Of a stretch of 64,000 bases of DNA, positions 49,590-58,193 are shown piece by piece. Position numbers and translations under genes: made by a program. Every line of letters begins with the position of its first letter. The first letter of the stretch is position 1. Below the pieces are notes generated by a model. That model made no database searches, had not been told where the DNA came from, and saw nothing but the letters and a program-made list of their open reading frames with translations. The stretch comes from Dehalococcoidia bacterium (lineage in GTDB: Bacteria; Chloroflexota; Dehalococcoidia; UBA2979), in NCBI GenBank assembly GCA_041390685.1, contig JAWKPL010000001.1:73784-137783 (forward strand), written 5' to 3'.

Positions 49590-49626
49590 GAAGGAGGCTC
49601 CCCTCGGGGAGCCTCCTTCGTTGTTG
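49590..49626. terminator. bidirectional intrinsic-terminator-like hairpin between convergent genes
   Basis: Perfect 14-bp stem GAAGGAGGCTCCCC/GGGGAGCCTCCTTC with a 2-nt loop, followed by 'gttgtt'. Confidence 0.65.
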
Positions 49627-49639
49627 GGCGCGTCCGTCT

Positions 49640-49870
49640 CTAGCGGCCGAGCTTCTCGCCCAGCTCGTCTGCCTTGTCCTTCACTGCGTCCGCCGCATCA
49701 TCGGCCTTGCCTTTGATGTCGGCAGCCATCTGCTTCCCTTTGCCCTCGGCCTGTTCGTCCTGGCCCTCGGCCTGCATCCGTTCGTTTCCGGTCATGTCAC
49801 CGACCTTCTCGCGCGCGGCGCCGAGCGCTTCCTGCCCCTTGCCTTCGAGCTTCTCGCGTTCCTCAGTCAT
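49640..49870 (-). CDS. csbD: CsbD-family general stress protein
   Basis: 'KGKADDAADAVKDKADE' and 'GKGQEALGAAREKVGD' form the CsbD repeat pattern. Length is 76 aa. Confidence 0.8.
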   Translation of the reverse strand: MTEEREKLEGKGQEALGAAREKVGDMTGNERMQAEGQDEQAEGKGKQMAADIKGKADDAADAVKDKADELGEKLGR

Positions 49871-50073
49871 GTCACGCTCCTTTCGTGGGAAGAAGGATGC
49901 GTGACGACACGTTACGGGGGCTCCCGACCCCGAGTAGTGCCGCTTGCAACCGCGTGGCAGCTTCCGCGCCCGAAGACGCAACGCCTGCTGTCTTGATGCC
50001 GACACCTCTCCGATGTGCTTGCCAGCCGTGTGTTACGGGCGCGGGCGTAGCTTCGATCCGAAGGAGGTACCGC

Positions 50074-50478
50074 ATGGCCCAGGATAGTCCACGCGAGGGG
50101 CGGCAACTTCCGGGAGCGATCACGTCAGAGGAGGAGCGCGACGGCATTGAGCTGGTGATGATCCAGATCGTCGAGGGGCAGGTGGAAGTCGAACTCACGG
50201 TGGCCCCGGCGGGTGATGTCCGGGTCGTCGCCATGAACCGAGGCCTCGAGGCCGTGGGGTTGCACATCGGCCGGCAGGATGCCCCGCGCTCGACCGTAGT
50301 CCACCTGCGCGAGATCCACCCTGGGGACTCGGCGGAGTCCGTGGTGGACCTCGATCCGGGCGACTACGTCGTGACGGCTTCCGACCTGCAGGGGCATCCG
50401 CATAGTACTGCAATGCTCATCGTGCAGCCGCAGCAGGGCCTGCTGGGATCAGGTGAAGCGGGAGCGGCGCGAGGGTAG
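50074..50478 (+). CDS. hypothetical protein (134 aa)
   Basis: A GAAGGAGG ribosome-binding site precedes the ATG. The product is a beta-rich acidic protein with a 'GHPH' motif. No family is recognised. Confidence 0.5.
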   Translation: MAQDSPREGRQLPGAITSEEERDGIELVMIQIVEGQVEVELTVAPAGDVRVVAMNRGLEAVGLHIGRQDAPRSTVVHLREIHPGDSAESVVDLDPGDYVVTASDLQGHPHSTAMLIVQPQQGLLGSGEAGAARG

Positions 50479-50552
50479 CGTCACTTTGATCTGACCGGGT
50501 AGTTCCCGGCGTCAGCGGGAGCCGATTGCGGCCCAACGTGTGGCAGCGCGGC

Positions 50553-50640
50553 TGGCGGAGGGGGTGGGATTCGAACCCACGGTGGCTTGCGCCACGACGG
50601 TTTTCAAGACCGCTCCTTTAAACCGCTCAGGCACCCCTCC
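50553..50640 (-). tRNA. tRNA-Ser (anticodon UGA), type II with long variable arm
   Basis: The reverse complement is 'GGAGGGGTGCCTGAGCGG...GGTCTTGAAAACCG...GGGTTCGAATCCCACCCCCTCCGCCA'. It folds as a cloverleaf with a 7-bp acceptor stem, a T-loop GGTTCGAATCC, an encoded CCA and the anticodon loop CUUGAAA. Confidence 0.9.
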
Positions 50641-50692
50641 GGCTGGCTTCATTGTCATCGATGCGATGTACGAGCGGGAGCCCCGGCGGCGC

Positions 50693-52288
50693 CTAGAGAA
50701 TCTTCAGTTCGCGCGCGACCTCGAACGCCTGCATCTTGCCGTGCACATCGAGCTTCTCGTAGATGCGGCTGGCGTGGAGCTGTGCCGTGCGCCAGCTCAT
50801 GCCGAGCTTGAGCCCGATCTCCTTGTAGGTGAGTCCGTCGGCGAGGAGCCCGAGGACCTCGATCTCACGCGGCGTGAGCGGCGACAGGGCGCGGTCGTCC
50901 TGACTGAGGGCCACGGCGGCGGTGGCCGCATAGGCGTGGCTTTGCGGCGGGATCCCGAGTTCTTGCAGCGCGCTCCACCCGGTCCGCCTGAGCTTTCGCG
51001 CGTCGAGCTTCCGGCTCGTGGGCACACTCGCGTGAGTGAGGACCTCCGCGAGCTGCAGCCTCGAAAGCGCGGCTTCGATGGGGTAGCCGGCCTCGTCCGC
51101 CCACCGTGCGGCCTCCTGGAGCAACTGGATGCCGCTCTTGACGGCGCCGGCCCGCACGTGGAGCAGGCCCTTCACCCGGGCGGCGGCAACCGGCCACTCG
51201 GCTGTCGTCTTCACGATCGAGGGGAAGCTGGCGTCGAACCACGCCTTCCAGGTGGCGGCCGCCTCCTGGCTACCGGCGATCGCGATCGCCTCACCTCCGG
51301 CGAGGGCGGCAGCGCAATTCACGAGGCTCGGCTGCCGAGGCGGCTTCAGGCCCTCGACCGGCTCGCCTCGATACGCCCCGGCGAGCGCGCGAAACGCATC
51401 CATCCCATCGATGAAGGCGGGATAGAGCGTTCGGCTCGTTTCGCTGATGAGCTCGAGTCCGCGGTCACTTTCTGGAGCTTTGTCAGACAGCAAGCCGTAC
51501 CTGAGCGTCAGCAGTGCGGTTCTCCAAAGAGCGATCAGATTCAAGGTTGATCGCGCTCCTTCGATCGTCGTTACGGATGGCTCTCCCAGCGTTCCCGGCG
51601 CCGTCCACGCGCAACTAAACACATCCGCGTCAACCAGTCTCGCTGGGTGTCCAACCGCCTGCGCCTGCATACGCAGAGAGTCGATCCAGGGTCGGGTGGG
51701 TCCTCTGTGACCTGTCGCGAACGAGTACGCGATGAACCAGCAGCGTAATGCACTCGCGAGCCAGTCGAGGCCTTCGCGCTCTGACGTGGGAATGGGTGCT
51801 GTCATCTCGCCGGGGGGCCGGTCGTCGAGCAAGATGCAGGATACGGAGGCGCTGTACGCGTCGTAGCCGAGCCTCGAGCGAACGCCGGTTCCCGGCCCGA
51901 TAGAAGCTGCCGCGCGAGCCAGCGATTCACGTGCTTCCGGCTCGTCTCCCAGGAGACTTGCGCAGATAGCCCTCAGCCCGAGGAGGTACGGTTGCGCGTC
52001 GGGACTCCCCTCCGCCATCGAAATCGCGAAATCCAGTTGATCCAAGGCTTGCCGGGAGTGGCCCTGCACATCGAGGAGGGCGGCGGCAAAGCCTGCGATC
52101 GCGACCAAGCCATCGATGTCGTTCCGGCGGTAGGCTTCGCGGAGTCCCCCCTCATACGCGTCCCGCCACCGATCGACATCGGAGGGGTCAATGTTCCGTA
52201 ACGCCTGACGAACCTGATCGACGAAGGACACCAGGTCGCCGGCCGGTTCGGTGGGGAGATCCTCGGAACGAGCGATGGTTGTGGCCAT
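50693..52288 (-). CDS. LuxR-family transcriptional regulator with large N-terminal helical/TPR-like domain
   Basis: C-terminal helix-turn-helix 'LTPREIEVLGLLADGLTYKEIGLKLGMSWRTAQLHASRIYEKL'. The start is taken at MATTIA (52288) rather than the extension that overlaps the divergent gene. Confidence 0.75.
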   Translation of the reverse strand: MATTIARSEDLPTEPAGDLVSFVDQVRQALRNIDPSDVDRWRDAYEGGLREAYRRNDIDGLVAIAGFAAALLDVQGHSRQALDQLDFAISMAEGSPDAQPYLLGLRAICASLLGDEPEARESLARAAASIGPGTGVRSRLGYDAYSASVSCILLDDRPPGEMTAPIPTSEREGLDWLASALRCWFIAYSFATGHRGPTRPWIDSLRMQAQAVGHPARLVDADVFSCAWTAPGTLGEPSVTTIEGARSTLNLIALWRTALLTLRYGLLSDKAPESDRGLELISETSRTLYPAFIDGMDAFRALAGAYRGEPVEGLKPPRQPSLVNCAAALAGGEAIAIAGSQEAAATWKAWFDASFPSIVKTTAEWPVAAARVKGLLHVRAGAVKSGIQLLQEAARWADEAGYPIEAALSRLQLAEVLTHASVPTSRKLDARKLRRTGWSALQELGIPPQSHAYAATAAVALSQDDRALSPLTPREIEVLGLLADGLTYKEIGLKLGMSWRTAQLHASRIYEKLDVHGKMQAFEVARELKIL

Positions 52289-52416
52289 CGATGGTCTCTC
52301 CGCTAGCCGGGTGTGACATATACCGTTTAGTATGGCAAATCTTAGATGCTCCGGCCATGCGATGCAATCAGACTTTGAATACGGGCAGACACTGGAAAAT
52401 TGGACGGGAGTCATTC

Positions 52417-52827
52417 ATGGCTTACGAATGTCGGCGGATTACCGCCATTGTCACGCAGGTCCTCAACTCAGAGGCGGGTGCGGCGGAATTCCGCGCGCTC
52501 ATGGACAGCAACGCCTCATCGGCGGAGATCGTCGACGCGTTCACGCAGCACTGCACCGCGGTCGAGGGTGACCTCATGCGCGCCGAGTTCGCCGAGCTGC
52601 CGCGCTCGTTCGTCGGCACGTTCATGGACGCCTGGTACATGGCCAACGAGCAGGGCCTGCCGTTCGTACTGGCTTCCGAGCCGCCGGCGCGGCCCCTGGA
52701 GTTCGCGCGCAACGGCCGTGTGGGCTTCCGCCTCGAGCACGACGTGCACGGCGTGACGATGTACGTGAGCCACGTGCACGGTCGCCACGCTGACTGGTTC
52801 AAGCCGGCCGCCGCTACCGTCGCGTAG
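52417..52827 (+). CDS. hypothetical protein (136 aa)
   Basis: Good codon bias and an ATG start in an AT-rich divergent promoter. A terminator hairpin follows the gene. Confidence 0.5.
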   Translation: MAYECRRITAIVTQVLNSEAGAAEFRALMDSNASSAEIVDAFTQHCTAVEGDLMRAEFAELPRSFVGTFMDAWYMANEQGLPFVLASEPPARPLEFARNGRVGFRLEHDVHGVTMYVSHVHGRHADWFKPAAATVA

Positions 52828-52847
52828 CTGCGCCAGCGCCTCAGACG

Positions 52848-52880
52848 GAAAGGCCGGAGGGCGCCTCCTCCGGCCTTTCT
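52848..52880 (+). terminator. rho-independent terminator
   Basis: AAAGGCCGGAGG-gcgcct-CCTCCGGCCTTT (12-bp stem) followed by 'ctt'. Confidence 0.7.
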
Positions 52881-53054
52881 TGATCCGTCGGCGAGCCACT
52901 GACACGACTGCCTCGCCCAGGCCTCCCCGGACGTCCCTTGACGAGCGCTCGCGGCGATCCGACACTCGCCTTCGCTTCAATATGGCGTAGCCATCCGGGC
53001 ACGCCACACGCGCCTGTAGACCAGCGGGTCGTCTCGACTGGGATTGAGGGACGA

Positions 53055-54755
53055 GTGGCACAGCCGACGACCGTCGGTTCCGATTCACATCTCGACGTAG
53101 CACCCTTCGCCTCGTTCCGGCCACTGGCGTGGCGCGGAGACCGTCGCGGGTTCCTCGGACTCACGGGGGCCGCTGCGGTCGGGACGGCGCTGCTGTCCAC
53201 TTCGTGCTTCGGAGGCGACTCTGATGGGCCCACGCAGACCGCGACCGCGACACCCACTGAACAGCCGATCCGGCGGGGCGGGACGCTGCGGATGGGCCAG
53301 GGCGCTGACCTGAACCTCGCAGCAGGCCATCCGTTTGCCATCGTGCCTCAGAACCGGCTGCTGCTGTATGCCGCGCACGAGACGCTGGTTGAGTACCGCA
53401 CCGGCCTGACCCCACAGCCGGTGCTGGCGGAGCGGTTCGAGGTCAGCAGCGACTTCCGCCGCGTCTCCGTCATGCTGAAGCCCGACCTCGAGTTCCACAA
53501 CGGCGCTCCCGTGACCGCTGATGATGTCCTGTTCAGCGTTCGCACGGCCCAGGATCCGGCGTCGGCGGGACTTCCTCCCGCCGCGACGATCGAGTTGGGC
53601 GCCTTCGCGCGACTGATCACCGACATCAACGTCGTCGACGCACGGACGATCGAGTTCACATTCGACCAGCCACGTCCGAACCTCAGCGACTTCTTCACCC
53701 AGCTGCAAATCGCCCACCGGGCTACGTACGGGGAGGTCGCGCAGGGCAAGGTCGCCGGCACGGGGCCGTTTCAACTAGCGTCCTGGGACCGCGGCCGCGG
53801 CTACCGGCTCGAGCGGTTCCCCAACTGGCACAACGCGGGAGCCGACGGCCGGCCGTACCTCGATGCCATCGATGTCTCCCTGTTCGCGGACCAGACGACA
53901 GCGACCATCGCGTTCAGGGGTGGCAACCTCGACGCCTATCTGGCCATGAGCGCCGCGAACGCGGCCCCTCTCCGAAACGATGGCAAGACGCGAGATGCCG
54001 GCAAGAGCGGCATGTACTACCTCGGCATGAAGGTGAGCAACCCGCAGCTCCGCGATGCGCGCGTGCGACAGGCCATCTTCTACGCAGTCGACCGTGAACG
54101 GATGGTGCGCGACGCGAACCAGGGGTTCGGCACGGTGACGACACAGCCGTGGGCGCCCTCTTCGCCCGCGTTCGACCCGGCGCGCGACGCGCCGTTCTAC
54201 GAGCCACAGCGTTCGCGTGACCTGCTGGCGCAGGCAGGATGGAGCCAGAGCGACCCGCTGACCATCGAGTATGCCAGCGGCGTGACCGCTCAGGAGCTAC
54301 AGGCGCAACTCCTGCAGGCAGACCTCAAGGCCGTCGGGGTGGAAACGCGCCTGGAAGCGGTCGAGGGGGTGCGGTACGGTCAGCGGCTGCGAGCCGGAGA
54401 AGTGCCGGACTTCTGGATCGCGGCGCACGGGACCGGCGACCTGACGCCACTGACGCTGTTCCAGCAGACATTCGAGTTCCGCATCGCCGCGAACCTCAGC
54501 GCGTTTGAGGATTCTCAGTATGTGGCGTTCGTCCGCCGCCTCGAGACGCTCGCCCCGGACTCGGGGGAGGCGCGCGACGTGTACGCCCAGCTGAACCGGC
54601 TCATGGTCGAAAACCCGTTCGTCATTCCTACCGGTGTCCCTCAGGCACGAATCGACCTCGTACAGGACGGCGTGGCTGGCTGGCCGGCAGGACCCGCAGA
54701 CTACGCCATCGCACCGATCGGCAAGGTCGACCTGAGCCGCGTCTGGCTTCAGTAG
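53055..54755 (+). CDS. ABC transporter substrate-binding protein, family 5 (peptide/nickel type), Tat-signal lipoprotein; orphan
   Basis: Tat motif 'RRGFLGLTGAAAVGTALLSTSC' and an SBP_bac_5-like architecture. No permease or ATPase genes are adjacent. Confidence 0.8.
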   Translation: MAQPTTVGSDSHLDVAPFASFRPLAWRGDRRGFLGLTGAAAVGTALLSTSCFGGDSDGPTQTATATPTEQPIRRGGTLRMGQGADLNLAAGHPFAIVPQNRLLLYAAHETLVEYRTGLTPQPVLAERFEVSSDFRRVSVMLKPDLEFHNGAPVTADDVLFSVRTAQDPASAGLPPAATIELGAFARLITDINVVDARTIEFTFDQPRPNLSDFFTQLQIAHRATYGEVAQGKVAGTGPFQLASWDRGRGYRLERFPNWHNAGADGRPYLDAIDVSLFADQTTATIAFRGGNLDAYLAMSAANAAPLRNDGKTRDAGKSGMYYLGMKVSNPQLRDARVRQAIFYAVDRERMVRDANQGFGTVTTQPWAPSSPAFDPARDAPFYEPQRSRDLLAQAGWSQSDPLTIEYASGVTAQELQAQLLQADLKAVGVETRLEAVEGVRYGQRLRAGEVPDFWIAAHGTGDLTPLTLFQQTFEFRIAANLSAFEDSQYVAFVRRLETLAPDSGEARDVYAQLNRLMVENPFVIPTGVPQARIDLVQDGVAGWPAGPADYAIAPIGKVDLSRVWLQ

Positions 54756-54844
54756 CGCCCTGTCGCAGTTCGCCGCTGTTGTCAGCGTGCATATCATCTG
54801 TTATCCACCGGAGCGAATTGCGCGCGCGAGCGACGGAGGCGAAT

Positions 54845-55651
54845 GTGCCAGACAGGGTCATCGAGGGTGAGGGGACGCGGATCGAGGAGCACGGCCCGAT
54901 CGCCGTCGTGAAACTGAACCGCCCCGAACGTCTCAACGCGTTCGGTGACGAGATGACCGAAGAGATCAACGCGTACCTGCACGAGTTGAACTCGGGCGAC
55001 TACCGGATCCGGGCGATCATCCTCACCGGCGAGGGCCGGGCCTTCTGCGCCGGTGGCAACGTGAAGTCGTTCCCCGGAAACGACCTCTCGCAACAACGGC
55101 CGCCCTGGCGCCCAAGCCACCACGAGGCCTACACCGTAAGCCGCCTGCGCTACTGCGACGTACCGGTCATCGGGGCGATCAACGGGTTCTGCCTGGGGAT
55201 GGGACTCGGTCTCGCGCTCGGCACCGATGTCCGGATCTGTGCGGACGATGCGCAGTTCCAGGTGGCGCAGATCAAGCGCGGGATCGTCGCCGACTACGGA
55301 GTGCCGTACTTGCTGCCTCGAGCCGTGGGGATGCATCGGGCGATGGAACTGATGATGACGGGCCGCCGCTTCAGCGCCGAGGAAGCGAAGGAATACGGCA
55401 TCGTGCTCGATGTCGTGCCCGCCGCGGAGTTGCTGGACCGCGCATTCGATATGGCGAATCTCATCGCCCGGAGCGCTCCGCTGGGACTCGCGGCGACGAA
55501 GCGGCTCGCCTACCAGAACGAGTTCGATGAGCTTGCGCGGGTGCAGGACCTCACTGGCCAGTTCGTCCAGCACCTGTTCCGCACCGAGGACGGAGTCGAG
55601 GGCGTGAACTCGTTCCGCGACCGGCGAGAGCCGGAGTTCCAGGGCCGCTAG
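54845..55651 (+). CDS. enoyl-CoA hydratase/isomerase (crotonase) family protein
   Basis: 'AFCAGGNV', 'GAINGFCLGMGLGLALGTD' and 'GMHRAMELMMTG' crotonase motifs. GTG start with a GGAGG ribosome-binding site. Confidence 0.85.
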   Translation: MPDRVIEGEGTRIEEHGPIAVVKLNRPERLNAFGDEMTEEINAYLHELNSGDYRIRAIILTGEGRAFCAGGNVKSFPGNDLSQQRPPWRPSHHEAYTVSRLRYCDVPVIGAINGFCLGMGLGLALGTDVRICADDAQFQVAQIKRGIVADYGVPYLLPRAVGMHRAMELMMTGRRFSAEEAKEYGIVLDVVPAAELLDRAFDMANLIARSAPLGLAATKRLAYQNEFDELARVQDLTGQFVQHLFRTEDGVEGVNSFRDRREPEFQGR

Positions 55652-55672
55652 TCACCCGGGGTCGCCCACGCC

Positions 55673-56155
55673 TCACTGGGCGTGGGCGGTGTCACCCCGC
55701 AACAGGTCAGTGGCATGTCGCAGCACGGGCAGGATCGTCGCGAGGTTCTCCGTCGCGCCCCGTTCGCTGCCGGGGAGATTGATGATCAGCGTACGCCCGC
55801 GCACCCCGGCAAGGCCGCGTGACAGCATCGCGTGTGGCGTCGACATGAGTCCCGTAGCGCGCATGGCTTCCGCGATCCCATCCACGCGGTAGTCGAGCAC
55901 GTCGGCGGTGGCCTCCGGCGTACGATCGCGAGGGCTCAGCCCGGTACCGCCGGTCGTCAGGACGAGCGCGTAGTCATCGTCGTCGGCCCAGCGACACAAG
56001 AACGCCGATATCTGCTCAGGCTCATCGGGGCACAACGCCGTCTCGCTGACCGCGAATCCTGCCTCGTCGAGCATACGGACGAGGGCCGGACCCGCCGTGT
56101 CGACGCGTTCCCCGCGTGAACCGGCATCGCTGACCGTCAGAACCGCAGCACGCAC
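55673..56155 (-). CDS. MogA/MoaB-family molybdopterin adenylyltransferase
   Basis: 'AAVLTVSD' and the 'TTGGTG' GGTG motif. The start is taken at an internal GTG, because the 205-aa ORF has a non-conserved N-terminus. Confidence 0.75.
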   Translation of the reverse strand: MRAAVLTVSDAGSRGERVDTAGPALVRMLDEAGFAVSETALCPDEPEQISAFLCRWADDDDYALVLTTGGTGLSPRDRTPEATADVLDYRVDGIAEAMRATGLMSTPHAMLSRGLAGVRGRTLIINLPGSERGATENLATILPVLRHATDLLRGDTAHAQ

Positions 56156-56309
56156 GACCTGCTCCAAGCGGGCTTCCCTCCCCCTGACGATGTTAGCAGC
56201 GTATCCGGGCGCCTGATTGTCGCCATCTGGGGGATTGTGGTAGCCTCGGGGGGCAGATGGGGGAAAGTGGGGGCAGTGTCCGCACTCCACCCTGCAGCAA
56301 GGCGGCGCG

Positions 56310-56750
56310 GTGTACTTCTACGGTACGTACGAGCACGCGATCGACGAGCGCGGGCGCATTGCGGTGCCGGCCGGCTACCGCCAGGAGTTCGCCGGCGGAG
56401 GCGTTGTGCGTGTTAACGCCGAGGGCTGCATCGAGCTGTACACCCACCAGGGGTTCGAGGAGGAGGCGCAGCGCCGCATCCGGGTCGAAGAGAGCACGCG
56501 TTCGCTCAGCGCCAGACGTACTCGCCGCAGCTTCCTGGCAGGCGCGTACCCGGTCGACCTCGACAAACAGGGGCGCATCTTGCTGCCACAGCCGATCCGC
56601 GCGATGGCCCGCCTGAACGGACGAGCTTCGATCGTGGGTTGCGGCGACTACCTGGAAATCTGGGAGCGGGAAAACTGGAACCTCGAACAGGCGGCCTTCA
56701 AGGCCGCTGAGACAGAGGCCGGAGCGATCCGGGAGGATGCCGCCGTATGA
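56310..56750 (+). CDS. mraZ: division/cell-wall cluster transcriptional regulator MraZ
   Basis: Two 'DxxGRI(xxP)' motifs (DERGRIAVP, DKQGRILLP). It is the first gene of the dcw cluster. Confidence 0.9.
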   Translation: MYFYGTYEHAIDERGRIAVPAGYRQEFAGGGVVRVNAEGCIELYTHQGFEEEAQRRIRVEESTRSLSARRTRRSFLAGAYPVDLDKQGRILLPQPIRAMARLNGRASIVGCGDYLEIWERENWNLEQAAFKAAETEAGAIREDAAV

Positions 56751-57706
56751 ACCGCGCGGCCGACCACCGCCGGCACGAACCGGTCTTGCTCAGCGAGGCG
56801 CTGGTCGCGCTCGCCGTGCACCCGGGCGGGTCGTATGTGGACGCCACGGTGGGACTCGGCGGGCACGCTGAAGCGATCCTCGAGGCAGCGGAGCCGGGCG
56901 GGCGACTGCTCGGAATCGATCGCGATCCGGAGGCCATCGCGTTCGCTGGCGATCGCCTGGCGCGCTTCGGAAGTCGGGCAGTCCTGCAGCAGGGCAACCA
57001 TACAGATATTGCCACTATTGCCCGGGAGCACGGCTTCGGCGCTGTGGACGGCGTGCTCTTCGACCTCGGTGTGTCATCGATGCAACTGGATGCGCCAGGT
57101 CGCGGGTTCTCGTTCCAACGCGATGAGCCGCTCGACATGCGGATGGGTCCGGATGCGCCGGTGAGCGCCGAACGAATCGTGAACACCTTTGCTGAGCACG
57201 CCCTCGCGGATCTCATCTGGCGTTACGGCGAGGAGCGTCGGAGCCGCGCCATTGCGCGGTCGATCGTGGCGCATCGTCCGATACAGACGACGGGAGAACT
57301 GGTCAACGCAATCGAGCAGGCCGTGGGACGGGGTCGGGAACGTCAAATCCACCCCGCCACTCTGACGTTCCAGGCCTTGCGGATAGCCGTCAATGGCGAG
57401 CTCGTCTCGCTCGAAGACGCGCTTGATGGTGCCCGCGGCCTGCTCGCCGGCGTTGGCTCCCGCCTCGTCGTCATTTCATTCCATTCGCTCGAGGATCGTA
57501 TCGTGAAACGCTATATGATTAAGGAGTCAAGCACTTGCGTCTGTCCACCGCGGACGCCAGTGTGTATATGTGGAGCGGAACCGAGCGTGCGGATGATCGG
57601 GCGGAGGGCAGTGCAGGCGACCGAGGCGGAGGTGGCGCGGAACCCTCGCGCGCGCTCCGCCCGGCTTCGTGCCGCTGAGTCCCTGCGTCAGCAGGTGGCA
57701 GCCTGA
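56747..57706 (+). CDS. rsmH: 16S rRNA (cytosine1402-N4)-methyltransferase
   Basis: 'YVDATVGLGGHA' and 'VLFDLGVSS' with the 'GELV' RsmH motifs. The ATG overlaps the mraZ stop. Confidence 0.9.
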   Translation: MNRAADHRRHEPVLLSEALVALAVHPGGSYVDATVGLGGHAEAILEAAEPGGRLLGIDRDPEAIAFAGDRLARFGSRAVLQQGNHTDIATIAREHGFGAVDGVLFDLGVSSMQLDAPGRGFSFQRDEPLDMRMGPDAPVSAERIVNTFAEHALADLIWRYGEERRSRAIARSIVAHRPIQTTGELVNAIEQAVGRGRERQIHPATLTFQALRIAVNGELVSLEDALDGARGLLAGVGSRLVVISFHSLEDRIVKRYMIKESSTCVCPPRTPVCICGAEPSVRMIGRRAVQATEAEVARNPRARSARLRAAESLRQQVAA

Positions 57707-58158
57707 TGGCCACCCTCCCCCAAGTTCGCCCACCTCAGGGTCAGCGGGTCGCGCCACGGTTCGCGCGGCCCCGCCACATCTCGGGAACCCTGCTTGCCGG
57801 GATCGCCGTGCTCGTCGTTGCAGGTGTGGGACTGCTGCAGGTTCTGCAAACGAGCCGGGCCGCCACAGCCGGGTACGAACTGCGGACGCTTGAGAACGAG
57901 CGTCAGACGCTCAGCGCGGAAGTGCGCCTGCTCGAAGCGGAGATCGCTCAGCAGACGCGGGTGGAGCAGGTTCGCCGGACGGCGATCGACCGACTCGGCA
58001 TGGTGCCGCCTCAACACACCATCCACATCGCCGTGGGCGTCACCGCGCCGTCATCGGTCCCGTTGCCAGAGCGGTACGTCGTGCAGCCGCAGCGGATACA
58101 GACACCGCCGTTGTCCATCTGGGAGCGCTTCTTGCGGAGGCTCCCGGGCTTCAACTAG
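57706..58158 (+). CDS. ftsL: FtsL-like cell division protein
   Basis: A single TM segment plus a coiled coil 'ENERQTLSAEVRLLEAEI'. It sits at the conserved dcw position. Confidence 0.65.
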   Translation: MATLPQVRPPQGQRVAPRFARPRHISGTLLAGIAVLVVAGVGLLQVLQTSRAATAGYELRTLENERQTLSAEVRLLEAEIAQQTRVEQVRRTAIDRLGMVPPQHTIHIAVGVTAPSSVPLPERYVVQPQRIQTPPLSIWERFLRRLPGFN

Positions 58159-58193
58159 GACGGCCGCTCGCGGCCAGGCGTCAGGAGAGCCGG

